Below are positions 40,600-53,929 of a stretch of 64,000 nucleotides of DNA, in pieces. Both the position numbers and the translations under genes were made by a program. The notes beneath the pieces were generated by a model. The model was not told where the DNA came from, searched no databases, and was given only the letters and a program-made list of their open reading frames with translations. How positions within the stretch are numbered: position 1 is the first letter of the stretch; the number at the start of each line of letters is the position of its first letter. Origin of the DNA: Chiloscyllium plagiosum (taxonomy: Eukaryota). The stretch lies in assembly GCF_004010195.1 (NCBI RefSeq), contig NC_057733.1:34494021-34558020 (forward strand), in the 5' to 3' direction.

Positions 40600-41200
40600 A
40601 GGTGAAAGCACCAGGACCGTGACGTGGCGTGTCTTCGAGCAAAAACTTTAGCGAAGGAGGGTTTGCTGGGGAGCGGCGACTCCTCGGGGAGGGGGTAGCT
40701 CTCACTCCCTGTCCACCGTGTCCGGCCTACCGGCCGCCAGCTCTCAAACTAGACCCTCCCCTGACCATCACCACCACAGCCAACCCCTAAATTAAAAGTA
40801 ACAGTCCGCCGCCTGATCGCCAACTTCTTGCCGTCGCGAGGTGAAGGATGCCACAGGCTGAGCACCCACTTCCTGCAACAATAACTTGCTGTTCTTTTTC
40901 TTTACTTCCTCTCTCCCTCCCCGTGGGGCTGCTGTCAACTCTCTGTCCTCCCCTCCCCCCACAAACACACACACACACACTCCTTTCACCGGCCCGTCTC
41001 CAGGAAGTTTCCGGCTTAACGACAAGTGTACCGCCGACCAACGGATCGCCTCCCGCTTGGGGTCCTCCGAGCGCAGCGCCGCCCCTCAGGCGAGGAGGTC
41101 TCACGACAGTTGTCAGTCTCTGAGGCGGGAGCCGGATTTGATTGTGGTTGCTAACCGACGCAGCAGAGAGAAACCCCAGCAGGAAGGAGACGCTTAAAGT
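40600..41200 (-). promoter_or_regulatory. CpG-island promoter / 5' region of SLC38A10
   Basis: Most GC/CpG-dense non-repeat stretch, 0.7-1.3 kb upstream of the ATG; ETS-like GGAAGT/TTCCGG (~41003-41014), CACTTCCTG (~40868), GGCGGGA (~41124), TGACGTGG (40620-40627). Confidence 0.75.
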
Positions 41201-41647
41201 TTCCAGTTAGGTGTGATTTTTTAAAAAATACCAAAAGATTTGCTGGAGATTTGAAACAAACAAAAATTGCTGGAGAATCACAGCAGATCTGGCATTTTTC
41301 GAATCTGATCTGATTCTTGCATAAAAATAACACTAAAGAATGCTGGAAATCTGAAAGAAACAGTCAGAAAATTGCTGGAGAGAGAACAGCGTTATCATTT
41401 CGAGTCCCAGTGACGAAGGGTCAATCGGAGCATGTTTTCTCTTTACTGGTGCTACCAGACCTGCTGGTTTATTCTAGCAATTTCTTTGTTGGTTTCAAGT
41501 GAGAATCTTCTTTGGAATTTGTTTCAGATTTTCATCATCTGTATTAATATGTCTGTATATCTGTAGCTGATGATACACCATCACCACCCCCTCTCAGAAA
41601 TAAAGACTATCTGTTTTATTGAAGGCTGTTGTGTTCCGACAGTCTGC

Positions 41648-42042
41648 TCCTGAAGAAGGGCCTGTGCCCGAAACGTCGAATCTCCTGTTCCCTGGATGCT
41701 GCCTGACCTGCTGTGCTGTTCCAGCAATAAAGTTTCAACTTTGATCTCCAGCATCTGCAGACCTCACTTTCTCCTGCAATAGTCTTAGAATCAAGTCCAG
41801 ATCAGCACTGTCCTCATGACCTATCCTACCTGCCAATATCCCTTCCCACCTATCCGATCCACCCTCCCGTCTGACCTATCACCTCCATCCCCACCCCATT
41901 CACCTATTGTACTCTTTGCTACCTTCCCCCATCCTCCTCTCTGACCTGTTCCTCCTCCTTGGATGCTGCCTGACCTGCTGTGCCTTTCCAGAACCACTCT
42001 GATCTAAACTCTGGTTTCCAGCATCTGCAGTCCTCACTTTTG
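41648..42042 (+). mobile_element. Two tandem Penelope-terminus fragments; the first carries an intact hammerhead core (41650-41677)
   Basis: CTGAAGA-A-GGGC(CTGT)GCCC-GAAACGTC; second fragment has 15-bp TSD cttagaatcaagtcc (41784-98, 42043-57). Confidence 0.8.
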
Positions 42043-42536
42043 CTTAGAATCAAGTCCCACTTGCTCCTAGATATGTGTCTGTGCAGGATAATTGACAATA
42101 TTTGATTTATTATTGTCACATGTGCCTAAATACAGTGAAAACTTCAGTTTTGTGAGCAGTACAGGCAGATCATAATGTACAAGGACATATAGTTCATAGG
42201 GTGTTTAGACAGATTGAGGCAGACAAGGTTACAGCTGCACAGGTAGTGCACAAAAGCAAGATCAACATTAGACATCAAGGAAATACTGAAGAAGGGTGAT
42301 AACACACTCAAGACTGTTTCTGACTCCACAGATGCAGGCAGTGCATTATGACAATAGGAGCAGTTGGAACTGTCTATCGGAGAAAATAAATCGAAGAGGA
42401 GATTTGTGAGCAGGCTGGACTGAATAAATAGGGAGATATTTCCCCTCATAAACGAAACAAGAACAAGAAGGCTTAGATTTAAATTGACATGTAAAAGAAA
42501 CAAGGGTGATATGAGAGAAACCTGCTTATACAACAA

Positions 42537-43910
42537 TCTGTGGGAAGCTAGGGAAGTGATTGCTGGGCCCCTTGCTGAGATATTTGTATCATCGATAGTC
42601 ACAGGTGAGGTGCCGGAAGACTGGAGGTTGGCTAACGTGGTGCCACTATTTAAGAAGGGTGGTAAGGACAAGCCATGGAACTATAGACCAGTCAGCCTGA
42701 CGTCAGTGGTGGGCAAGTTGTTGGAGGGAATCTTGAGGGATGGGATGAACGTGTATTAGAAAAGGGAAGGACTGATTAGGGATAGTCAACATGGCTTTGT
42801 ATGTGGAAAATCATGTCTCATGAACTTGGTTGAATTTTTTTGAAGAAGTAACAAAGAGGATTGATGAGGGCATGGCAGTAGATGTGATTTTTATGGACTT
42901 CAGTAAGACGTTTGACAAGGTTCCGCATGGGAGACTGGTTAACAAGGTTAAATCTCATGGAATACAGGCATAACTAGCTATTTGGATACAGACTGGCTCG
43001 AAGGTAGAAGACAGAAGGTAGAAGACATTTGTTTTCAGACTGGAGGCCTGTGACCAGTGGAATGCCACAAGGATCAGTGCTGAGTCCACTACTTTTGGTC
43101 ATTTATATAATTGATTTGGATGTGAGCATAAGTGGTATAGTTAGTAAGTTTGCAGATGACACCAAAATTGGAGGTGTAGTGGACAGCAAAGAAAGTTACC
43201 TTAGATTACAATGGGATCTTGATCAGATGGGCCAATGGGCTAAGAAGTGGCAGATGGAGTTTAATTTAGATAATTGCAAGGTGCTGCATTTTGCGCAAGC
43301 AAATCTTAGCAGGACATATGCACTTAATGGTAAGGTCCTGGTGAGTGTTGCTGAAGAAAGAGACTTTTGGAATATTGCGTGCAATTCGGGTCTCCTTCCT
43401 ATTGGAATGATGTTGCGAAACATGAAAGGGTTCAGAAAAGATTTACAAGGATGTTGCCAGGGTTGGAGCATTTGAGCTATAGGGAGAGGTTGAATAAACT
43501 GGGGCTGTTTCTCCTGGAGCGTCGGAGGTTGAGGGATGACTTTATAGAATTTTATAAAATCATGAGGGGCATGGATAAGATAAATAGACAAAGTCTTTTC
43601 CCTGGAGCAGGGAAGTCCAGAACTAGATGGCATAGATTTAGGATGAGAGGGGAAAGATATAAAAGAGGCCTACGGGGCAACTTTTTCACACAGAGGGTGG
43701 TACATGTGTGGAATGCGCTGCCAGAGGAAGTAGTGGAGGCTGGAACAATTGCAACATTTAAAAGGCATTCGGATAGGTATATGAATAGGAAGGGTTTGGA
43801 GGGATATGGGCCGGGTGCTGGGAAGTGGGACTGGATTAGGTTGGGATATCGGGTTGGCATGAACGAGTTGGACCAAAGGGTCTGTTTCCATGCTGTACAT
43901 CTCTATGACT
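42537..43910 (+). mobile_element. CR1 (HER1-like) LINE, 5'-truncated, nested in an older CR1 tail (42370-42536 / 43911-44105)
   Basis: VPEDWRLANVVPLFKKG, NYRPVSLTS, SKFADDTK, NFFTQRVVHVWNALP; ctctatgact tail. Confidence 0.93.
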
Positions 43911-46900
43911 AAGTAATTAGGGTATGGAATACATTATTTGGAAATGAGGCAGGTTCGGTTGAGGCATTCAAGAGGGCATTGGATGATAATTTGAATAGAA
44001 ATAGCGTGCAAGGGTATGGGGTAAAAGCAGGAGGTTGGCACAAGGGTGCAGGCACAATGAGCCAAATGGCCTCTATTTGTGCTGTGACACTTCTGTGATT
44101 CTGTGACCTGCTGAGTTACTCCAGCATTTTCTGAGTTTCAGATTTTCAGCATCCACTGCCTTTTGCTTTGATTTGGAATATTTATCGGTCCTTTCAGCAG
44201 CTTCTATGTCAACTTTTGCAGATGCTTTTTTTATTTGTAATTGTTCAAATTGTTTAAAAGAAACCCTTGTTACTTTTTCAGTTACTCCATAGCATGAACT
44301 GAATGTGTGACCATTGTCTGTTTTGCTGCTTCAGCATGAGGTAAAATTATTTGGCACTGAGTTTAACATTATTGTACTAACTGAATCAGGTAACAGTCAG
44401 GTAATCCGACCAGAAGTTCCCAAATGGTGGTCATCACAAGATTATTATTCAGGAGGAGGATGAAATTGAAATGCATTTGATAAATGGTTGCAATTCATAT
44501 TCCAGTGAACGGCAAATCTTGTAGCATTTTCTTCTGCTGGAGGAACCTTGTCAATGAAAGGTTGCCAACTCTGGTTGAACATATTCATCAGGTGACATGC
44601 TGTCTCCAACAGCTTGACCCTCACACTTCCATAACTTGACACTCAACATATTCCTTCTCGTGGTTTACTATCTTCCAAGGCCACTCAAGAAGTAAACACG
44701 AAATTTTTATCAGATTGGAAGGTTCTTGATCATTGCCTTCCATTTTGAATCTTTTTATGTGAATGATTTGTTTCTCTTTGCACTCAGCAATAACCTGGAA
44801 ATTATTTGCTAATTCCTGGATATGCCAGGCTAATCCTGGAAAGTTGACGATCCTATATCAGTGGGAGCCACGCAAACTCATTAAGACTCATTTTCCAATC
44901 GTACCAATCATGAGAGTCAAGCTGGATGGAATCTTTAGTATAGGATCATGCAATCTAGATTGTACCGGCAAGCCTCTCCCAATGGGCAAGATGACATCAG
45001 CCAGAGATAGAGCAACATTGACAAATTAAGGCACTCACAGAATAAAGTTGTGAAACTTGCTAGACTGGTACCACAAGAAACAACATTCTTGGTGATGTGT
45101 GCAACATTCCAGCTCTTATGCAGCAGCTGGTGACAGATCCCACGTACAACTGGAGAGGTCTCAATATGATCAGAGTAAGGTTAGCATTTGCAAATGTCTC
45201 AGGCACAATAAGACGTAGTGTCTAATTTCTAGGCTAAGGCTTAATCATATTTACTCCAGAAGACTGTTACTTTCACTAATAACGTCCATTTTATTGTGTC
45301 ATGACTGTCTTCTCACAAGGCATGGTTTGACTGATCTTCCATTGATACACTGTAGTTTAGCACTGTTACCATTCTTGCTGTACATGTTATGTCAGCCAAG
45401 GAAATTAGATCTTTTGTTCAAAACAAAAATATTGTACATCAGTTTCAACTGTAGTTGAGAGTGCAAAATAAGTGCAGATCAGCTGTCCATTATATACCCT
45501 GTCCAATTGTTTAAGAGGTAACTGTCTACTTTCCTCAAAGTCAATTTCAGTGTTCTTTCAACAAAGCAGACTGCAATGGTTCCTTTCTAAAGGAAATTCA
45601 TAAAAACATTGTTTAGAAATTTCTGTATCAGGTATTTTAGTTATTTTTATATTTGTTTAAGCTTTTTGTAGAGATGATAAGATTATAAAAAAGATTAATC
45701 AATGTTGATGCGAAGTATTTAATTCCTAAGTAAGCCCAGTTGTCACAAAAATAAATGAAATGGCGTAGTTTTGTTTTTTAAACTACAATCCGGTTACAAA
45801 GGTATGCCTTTCTGTGATTGAAGTAATAATTTCTGAAAAGCCCAGGACATTTAGGAATGGTTATAAACTCAAGAAGTGTATTAACACCGTGGCACGGTGC
45901 CCTCACTCATTAACTTTTCTCAATTTTCTAGAATACATATACATAAACTATTTATACTATATATAAACTGATTACCTTTTTCCAGGGAAGCTACACAATA
46001 ATTATAAGTAGAATGTATTGCAGCCAAGCACATGACACAATAAGTATCTCCGCTCATGAGGCTAATTATAACCAAGCCGTGACTGTGTCACACAAGTTAG
46101 CCAGTCAGTCTTTTCAAAAAAGCTACTTGTCATAGCATGTGGCAGGCCACTATATATCTTGCATCTTTTATATGGTGGTGTCAGAAATAGTTGCAGTAAC
46201 AGGGATTTGTCATTCAAAACACCACAATTAGAATCTAAAATATTCATGTCATTAAAGATTATAGACAGTATTTTCATAATAGCAACATTTGTTGCCAATA
46301 ATCAATAGGATGAGTTGCTCTTGTCCTAGAGCATTGTGTTTCCCATAATAATTTAATATATAAATTTCCTAAAAATATAATTATTATTAAAAGATGTAAG
46401 TATGTTAGTTTTGTCTTTTGGCCGCCACTGCTGTCAGAGTGTCCTAATTGTCACTTACCCCTTTAGATCCGTGTCATGTGTATCACTCGAGACTGAGGAT
46501 ACACAAAGTATTATAGAATGAACAGTAACATAAAAGACACTTGCAGTTTTGTCCTCAAAGTATTTGTTACCTCATCGACACAACTGCCACCTTTCCTAAG
46601 CTCATCATTTTTTTAATTCCAAAAACATTGCCACAGTCTTCCGTGATGCATATCCATCCCCAAGGCCAACATTGCCTACCACAGCTCTCCCAGGCAGAAA
46701 CAAAATGCCGACATCACCTGTTGTATTGTTGCCAATGACCCTTTTTTTTAATGTTTGGAAGATAAAAAGGCCAGAATTTTCACGGTGGATTTAAGCAGTC
46801 CGTGGGCTATTAAAGTAAATGCTAAGCCATCTATTACTGTTTTGTGAACTATAACAATCTGATATTGAAACATTTAAAAGACTAATCATCTTAATTGATT

Positions 46901-49193
46901 TGTCAGTCCAAATCAGTGTTTCTTTTGGAAGTAATATTGACAGTATTGTGTACATAGGTTAATGAATGTAATTTAGTGTACATGTAAGTATATGTTCAAA
47001 AGCCAGTCCATACCAAAGATCCAACCATAAGAGCCATCGTGTGATGCCACATAACAGTGAAAACCTCACCCAGCTGATGTTCAAGGTAAACCTAACAAAT
47101 TCCCCCTCCTAGTGCTCTTGGCATGGACCTGCACATGAATATGGTCTTGGGCTGCTTTCTAGCTACGGATCTTTCTAACATCTTTCTAATTACAGACAGA
47201 TGAAACAAGGGAACAAAGGAGTCAATGTGGTTTGGAACATTGGTACTGACTTTTTTATCCTTGTCAGAGGCACATAAATTATTAAAGAATAACGTAATCT
47301 CACTAAATGTAGCAAGGTTAGTTCACTTTTGTCAGGTGTGTGAGAATGATCTTTCTCATGATGATCCCATAAACTCTCCTCTAGGATCGATGAATCAAAC
47401 TTTGTATAACCTAAGGCACATAAAGTAAATAGACTTATGTTGCCATTTGTGCTGCTGCTCAAGTAAAAGAACAAAGCTGCAGGATTTTCATAAGATGTTT
47501 GTAATAACAAACTCACAATGAATGATCTCAAAATTCTTTTTATTTTAAAGTGACATTTGAATTAACCTGATGGTGGCCCCTACTTAGTGTTACTAAATCC
47601 TTCGAGCGGCCAGGTACTGAACTGCTGCTATGTTTCCTGGATATCCGTCCTTGCTTGTTTGCATGCTTGCAACAGGGAAAATTGATGATTTTGGAACTGT
47701 TAAGTATAAAACACTTGGCATCCATTCCTGCCAATCTGTTCAAATGTTATAAAAGAATTTAATTTAGTAAGCTGTGAAAATTTATAAAATAATAAAGGGA
47801 CGCTGAGCTGCCATGACATTTTGGATGGGAAATGGAAAATGGGCAACCTGGGACTAAAAGTAAAAACCATGAAGCCAAAGTGAGGATTACAATACAAAGA
47901 GCTCGCTATTAGTCAAATAATGTTTAACACTACAGTCCACTCTGTTCTTTATGTTGACATTTTTATATAAAGCTCTCTAAATTTGTACATTTCTAACGCA
48001 TTTTGTTATCTTCAAATACAGTTGCATTTCACTACTTAACAAAGCCACAGAATGAGACACCATAAAATGAAAAGTTTATCTTGATTTTTATCTTCATGAA
48101 TACAAATAATAAATGTGTTTTCAGCTAATTTATTAACCTAAAATTATCCTCTTACCAGTGAATTACTATTTATGCTTTTATTGAATTTTCTGAGAAGTCC
48201 ACTTCACGTTTATAATTTATGAAGAAAATTGACATTTTGATTGCACAGAGCTCATGGGAAATGCACTGATGCGTTCAGATTTCTGGATATGACTGTTTGT
48301 AATAGGAACAAAATGAATCAAAAGGGCTGAGATAACTTGATTTTTCCAGAATACACGAGATACTTTTGAGCTGGAAACAAAGCAGTATCTCTACTTATCT
48401 CTGTGTCAGTTGGGATCTTCTCAGTGGGAAAGAGGAGAGATTACTATGCCTGAACAGTGGGGGACAAAAACTGTTGTAAGCCTCGAACAAGGAGATAGAA
48501 ATTTGGGCTGCAGTTGAGCGCTCTGTGCATTGAGTATGTGGGCAGGTGTCTTCAGGGGAAATTAATTCTATTTCCACCAGTGAGAAAACCTTCAGGATCA
48601 GGCACTGGTACTGTCTGGTAAGCTGCATGTCTAATGAAGTGGCATCACTGGAGTACGACTCCAGCTAAAGCACTTAGCAAGTTACCCTCACTTGTCTGTT
48701 AAGAAAACAACTACATTTCTTGTTTGTCAAAAAGTTAGATAATTGGGACGGTAGCGGATGAACACTTTACGTGGCTGTTACTTGACTACTTAAATGCCTT
48801 GATTGGGTGGTGGATCAAGAAAGTTGCCCGTGATCCTACATTCTTAAAAATGAATTGCCTTGAGGTGGGTAAAAGACAAGTAAATCTCCAGAGCTAATCC
48901 ACCCAAATATTTGCCATTAAACCTCATTTATTCTGTCTGACAAATAATCGTCATGCGTTTCAGCCCTGGGTTTGTTCGAAAAAAACCTGCAACTCACCAA
49001 AGAAAAAAGCATGCACACTCTAACTTCAAGCCGCAAGAGAAAGTATTAATTTTTGTCAACATGAAGAGATCACACCACACACTGTTGGAAACTCTATTCA
49101 CTGGAAAGCACCAAATTGGCCTGTTCCTATTACAATTGGAAGTCTTGAAAATGTTGTTGTAGAATGTCCAAATTGTTGGCTGTTTATTTAATA

Positions 49194-49380
49194 TGTGTCA
49201 AGAGTGTGGTGCTGGAAAAGCACAGCAGGTCAGGCAGCATCCGAGGAGCAGGAAAATCAACCTTTCGGGAATAAATCCACAAGCCTCATTCCTGAAACGT
49301 TGATTCTCCTGACCTGCTGTGCTTTTCTAGCACCACACTCTCGACTCTGATCTCCAGCATCTGCAGTCCTCACTTTCTCC
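49194..49380. mobile_element. Penelope-terminus fold-back element
   Basis: Inverted arms gagtgtggtgctggaaaagcacagcaggtcagg / cctgacctgctgtgcttttctagcaccacactc; TSD tgtttatt(t/a)aata (49181-93, 49381-93). Confidence 0.8.
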
Positions 49381-50184
49381 TGTTTATTAAATAAGCCACA
49401 ATTCAGCAGAATTACATTCTCCATTTACAGGGCATTAAAATAAAGGCAGATTAGTAATATAGTATCTTTAATCCTTACATCTATCAAAAAAGATTGTTAT
49501 TCCAAGTCTTTAATTCAGGTCTATACACTGTCCTTTGTTACGTGGAACAAATATATTATTCTGACCACACCTTCTTACACAGTCATGGCCCCCTTTACTC
49601 ATTCAAGAGCAAAGTATCATAACTCAATATCAGCAGTGGCAAATTGCAATTGCACATCACCTTTAGAATAATAAAATATCCCAAGGTACTTCACAGGAGC
49701 ATTATGAAACCACACAAGGAAATATTTGTGTAGATAGCTAGCTGCTTGGTCAGAGAGGTAGGGTTTAAAGGGTAAGTGAAAGGACAAGACAGAAGGTAGA
49801 GAGGCAGAAAGGTTCAGAGAGTGAATTTCAAGAGTTTAGTGCCAAGGAAGCTGAAAACATGGTCGTCTGAACTAAAATAGGGGAAGTGCACAAGGCCAGA
49901 ATTATTGGACCACAGAAAACTTGTGGTATTGGGCTGGAGGAGATAGAGAGGAGCAAGGCCATGGTAAGATTTGAAAACAAGGATGATAGTTTTTAACAGA
50001 AGATATTGTTAGATCAGGAGCCAATGCAGATCAATGAGCACAGGGGTGATGTGCAAAATGGACTTGGTGTGGATTATCTGACTGGATAGGCAAATATAAA
50101 ATCAGGCAAGGGCAGTTCTAACTTCTGTACAATGGGAGAGAGGTGTTGGGAAAAGAAGGGAATTCAACCATATCAATGATTACA

Positions 50185-52228
50185 AAAGGATAAGGCAGGG
50201 TGAAAGGGAAGGCTGGTAGGTATAGGGAGTGCTGGATGACTAAAGAAATTGAGGGTTTGGTTAAGAAAAAGAAGGAAGCATATGTCAGGTATAGACAGGT
50301 TAGATCGAGTGAATCTTTAGAAGAGTATAAAAAAAGTATGAGTATACTTAAGAGGGAAATCAGGAGGGCAAAAAGGGGACATGAGATAGCTTTGGCAAAT
50401 AGAATTAAGGAGAATCCAAAGGGTTTTTACAAATATATTATGGACAAATGGGTAACTAGGGAGAGAATAGGGCCCCTCAAAGATTAGCAAGGCGGCCTTT
50501 GTGTGGAGCCACAGAAAATGGGGGAGATACTAAATGAATATTTTGCATCAGTATTTACTGTGGAAAAGGATATGGAAGATATAGACTGTAGGGAAATAGA
50601 TGGTGACATCTTGCAAAATGTCCAGATTACAGAGGAGGAAGTGCTGGATGTCTTGAAACGGTTAAAGGTGGATAAATCCCCAGGACCTGATAATGTGTAG
50701 CTGAGAACTCTGGGGGAAGCTAGGGAAGTGATTGCTGGGCCTCTTGCTGAGATATTTGTATCATCGATAGTCACAGGTGAGATGCCGGAAGACTGGAGGT
50801 TGGCAAACGTGGTGCCACTGTTTAAGAAGGGTGGTAAAGACAAGCCAGGGAACTATAGACTGGTGAGCCTGACCTCAGTGGTGGGCAAGTTGTTGGAGGG
50901 AATCTTGGACAGGGTATACATGTATTTGGAAAGGCAAGGACTGATTAGGGATAGTCAACATGGCTTTGTTAGTGGGAAATCATATCTCACAAACTTGATT
51001 GAGTTTTTTGAAGAAGTAACAAAGAAGATTGATGAGGGCAGAGCAGTAGATGTGATCTATATGGACTTCAGTAAGGCGTTTGACAAGGTTCCCATGGGAG
51101 ACTGATTAGCAAGGTTAGATCTCATGGAATACAGGGAGAACTAGCCATTTGGATACAGAACTGGCTCAAAGGTAGAAGACAGAGGGTTGTGGTGGAGGGT
51201 TGTTTTTCACACTGGAGGCCTGTGACCAGTGGAGTGCCACAAGGATCGGTGCTGTGTCCTCTACTCTTTGTTATTTACATAAATGATTTGGATGCGAGCC
51301 TAAGAGGTACAGTTAGTAAATTTGCAGATGATACCAAAATTGGAGGTGTAGTGGACAGCGAAGTGGGTTACCTCAGATTACAACAGGATCTGGACCAGAT
51401 GGCCCAATGGGCTAAGTGGCAGATGGAGTTTAATTCAGATAAATGCGAGGTGCTGCATTTGGGGAAAGGAAATCTTAGCAGGACTTATACACTTAATGGT
51501 AAGGTCCTAGGGAGTGTTGCTGAACAAAGAGACCTTGGAGTGCAGATTCATAGCTCCTTGAAATCGAAGTCGCAGGTAGATAGGATAGTGAAGAAGACGT
51601 TTGGTATGCTTTCCTTTATTGGTCAGAGTATTGAGTACAGGAGTTGGGAGGTCATGTTGCGGCTGTACAGGACATTGGTTAGGCCACTGTTGGAATATTG
51701 CGTGCAATTCTGGTCTCCTTCCTATCGGAAAAATGTTGTGAAACTTGAAAGAGTTCAGAAAAGATTTACAAGGATGTTGCCAGGGTTGGAGGATTTGAGC
51801 TATGGGTAGAGGCTGAACAGGCTTGGGCTGTATTCCCTGGAGCGTCAGAGGCTGAGGGTGACCTTATAGAGGTTTACAAAATTATGAGGGGCATGGATAG
51901 GATAAATAGGCAAAGTCTTTTCCCTGGTGTCGGGGAGTCCAGAACTAGAGGACATAGGTTTAGGGGAAAAATATAAAAGTGACCTAAGGGGCAACCTTTT
52001 CATGCAGAGGGTGGTACGTGTATGGAATGAGCTGCCAGAAGATGTGATGGAGGCTGGTACAATTGTAACATTTAAGGCATTTGGATGGGTATGTGAATAG
52101 GAAGGGTTTGGAGGGATATGGGCCAGGTGCTGGCAGGTAGGTCTAGATTGGGTTGGGATATCTAGTCGACATGGATGGGTTGGACCGAAGGGTCTGTTTC
52201 CATGCTGTACATCTCTATGACTCTATGA
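50185..52228 (+). mobile_element. CR1 (HER1-like) LINE, ~2 kb 5'-truncated, RT pseudo-ORF
   Basis: ORFs 50200-51809 with DKSPGPD, QHGF, MDFSKAFDKVP, GVPQGSVL, FADD; broken by stops/frameshifts; ctctatgactctatg tail. Confidence 0.95.
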
Positions 52229-53344
52229 ATGATAGTCACAGTCAAGTTCTCTTGTTCAGAAGAGCTAAAGAAAGATATAATTTTATGTTCTATTTACTGA
52301 ATGTAATCTTAGAAATAAAAGCAGGAATCACTTATAATGCACCTAAAATGTTGGCTCATGCCTCTCTTCCGTTTGCTAATTTCTGGCACTTAGTGTTTTT
52401 GTTTGTGATTTGTTGTAAGGACCCTTTTCCTTTTTAGCTCATTAATGACATATAAATTGGTTATTATTGTAATACATTTTGATTACAAAGTAGGCTCCAT
52501 GTCATAGAGCTTGGTAACATGATCCGTTATTTGAGTTTTCCACTGCCTGCTATCCTGCTGAAATCCCAACAGCTTTCAGACTAAGGTCCTGAGATTGAGG
52601 CTATGCCAAAATCCATTTAGTGTGGCATTTTAACATGAATTGTACTATTTTTATTATTCAGCAATGAGCCAAAACTAAAAGCTAGCAGATTGTGGTGGGT
52701 TTTCTGGAGCATTTTACTTAGTCCCAAGTGACCTCCTTAGAAGTTAAAACAACAAAAAGACAGCAGTGTTAAAATCTTGAACATAACCTTTGTGTTTTCC
52801 CAGGGCTTTGCTCCTTACTTAGTAACAACATTATATAAAAATACAAATGCGATGAAGGCCCCTGTTTATAATGGCAGTTCACACAAGCATGATTATTGTG
52901 ATTCAAACTATTTTCATTCCAAATCAGAATGGTTATATCATGGAAAGAGGCTATTCAGCCCATTAATTCAATGCCTGCAATAGCAAGAACATTGTTGAAC
53001 AGAATGGTACCGATGTCTCTTGACTCGACACATGGTGATGTACTTAAACATCTTTTGTTGCACAAGGATAATCTGCATGTGCATAATAATCCTCTTGGCA
53101 AACGATTCTCTTTGAAACTTGTAGCATAATTCTAATGACAGCCCCTGCATCATTTAAACGCATCAGCTGTAAATTGAAGAATGCTCCTTATTACTTAATC
53201 CAGGTAAAGTATATATCATGTTTGTTTCCATTAATACATTGGTGGACTATAGTGGGGGAGTTGGAAGATAAAGTTCAGTCCATTTTCTGAAGGGATGGGC
53301 TCCACCTGAATCATGCTGGGACCAGGATGAAAGCTGTTGTTGTC

Positions 53345-53910
53345 AGTAATCACTAAATCAGTAATCACAAGCCTTAAGATTGTCCACTTAAGAAATTTTG
53401 TGTCATTGGTCCTGGGTTCTGTTGATCCTTGCATTGCTGATGAGTCCAATCCTAGAGCCACATCTCCCAACACACATTGGCAGGTGTTTCCAGCAGTTAA
53501 AGTTGGTCCTTGGCATTGAGATTGTTAGCATTCTTTCTCCGGATCCTTTTCTATCCTTTTGCCACTGAGTGTTCTCAAAGAATTGTAGCCCTCCATAAAG
53601 GAAATTCCACCAATTGGTTTCTTCTGAACAAGGGTCTCCCACATGTTAACATCTGCGTTGCATTTCTTGAACGAAGCCTTCAGGGAATCTTTGAAACCCA
53701 TCCTTTGTCCTCTTCACATTTGAGTGTATTCCTTGAACTGGGTGAAGATTTGCTTTCGCAATTGGATCCTAAGCATGTGGCTGGCCCAGCAGAATTGGTT
53801 TCAGATGATCATGGCCTTGATGTTGGTGTTGTTAGCTGCTTTGAGGACATTAGCATTAGTATGCCTGTCACCCCAGCTGATAGGAGAATCCATCTCAAAC
53901 AATGTTGATG
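53345..53910 (-). mobile_element. RTE-clade LINE 3' fragment
   Basis: Minus-strand WASHMLR...KQIFTQFKE...GQRMGFKDSLK resembles the RTE RT C-terminus. Confidence 0.6.
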
Positions 53911-53929
53911 GTATTTCTGAAGGGCCTTG

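Noticed and set aside
40787-41197. Overlapping 77-105 aa ORFs
   Set aside because: By-product of the GC-rich promoter and a (CA)n tract; no recognisable protein
50200-51809. Reverse transcriptase ORFs as a functional or domesticated RT system
   Set aside because: Ordinary 5'-truncated CR1 with stops and frameshifts; near-identical copies at 23.1, 34.4 and 42.5 kb
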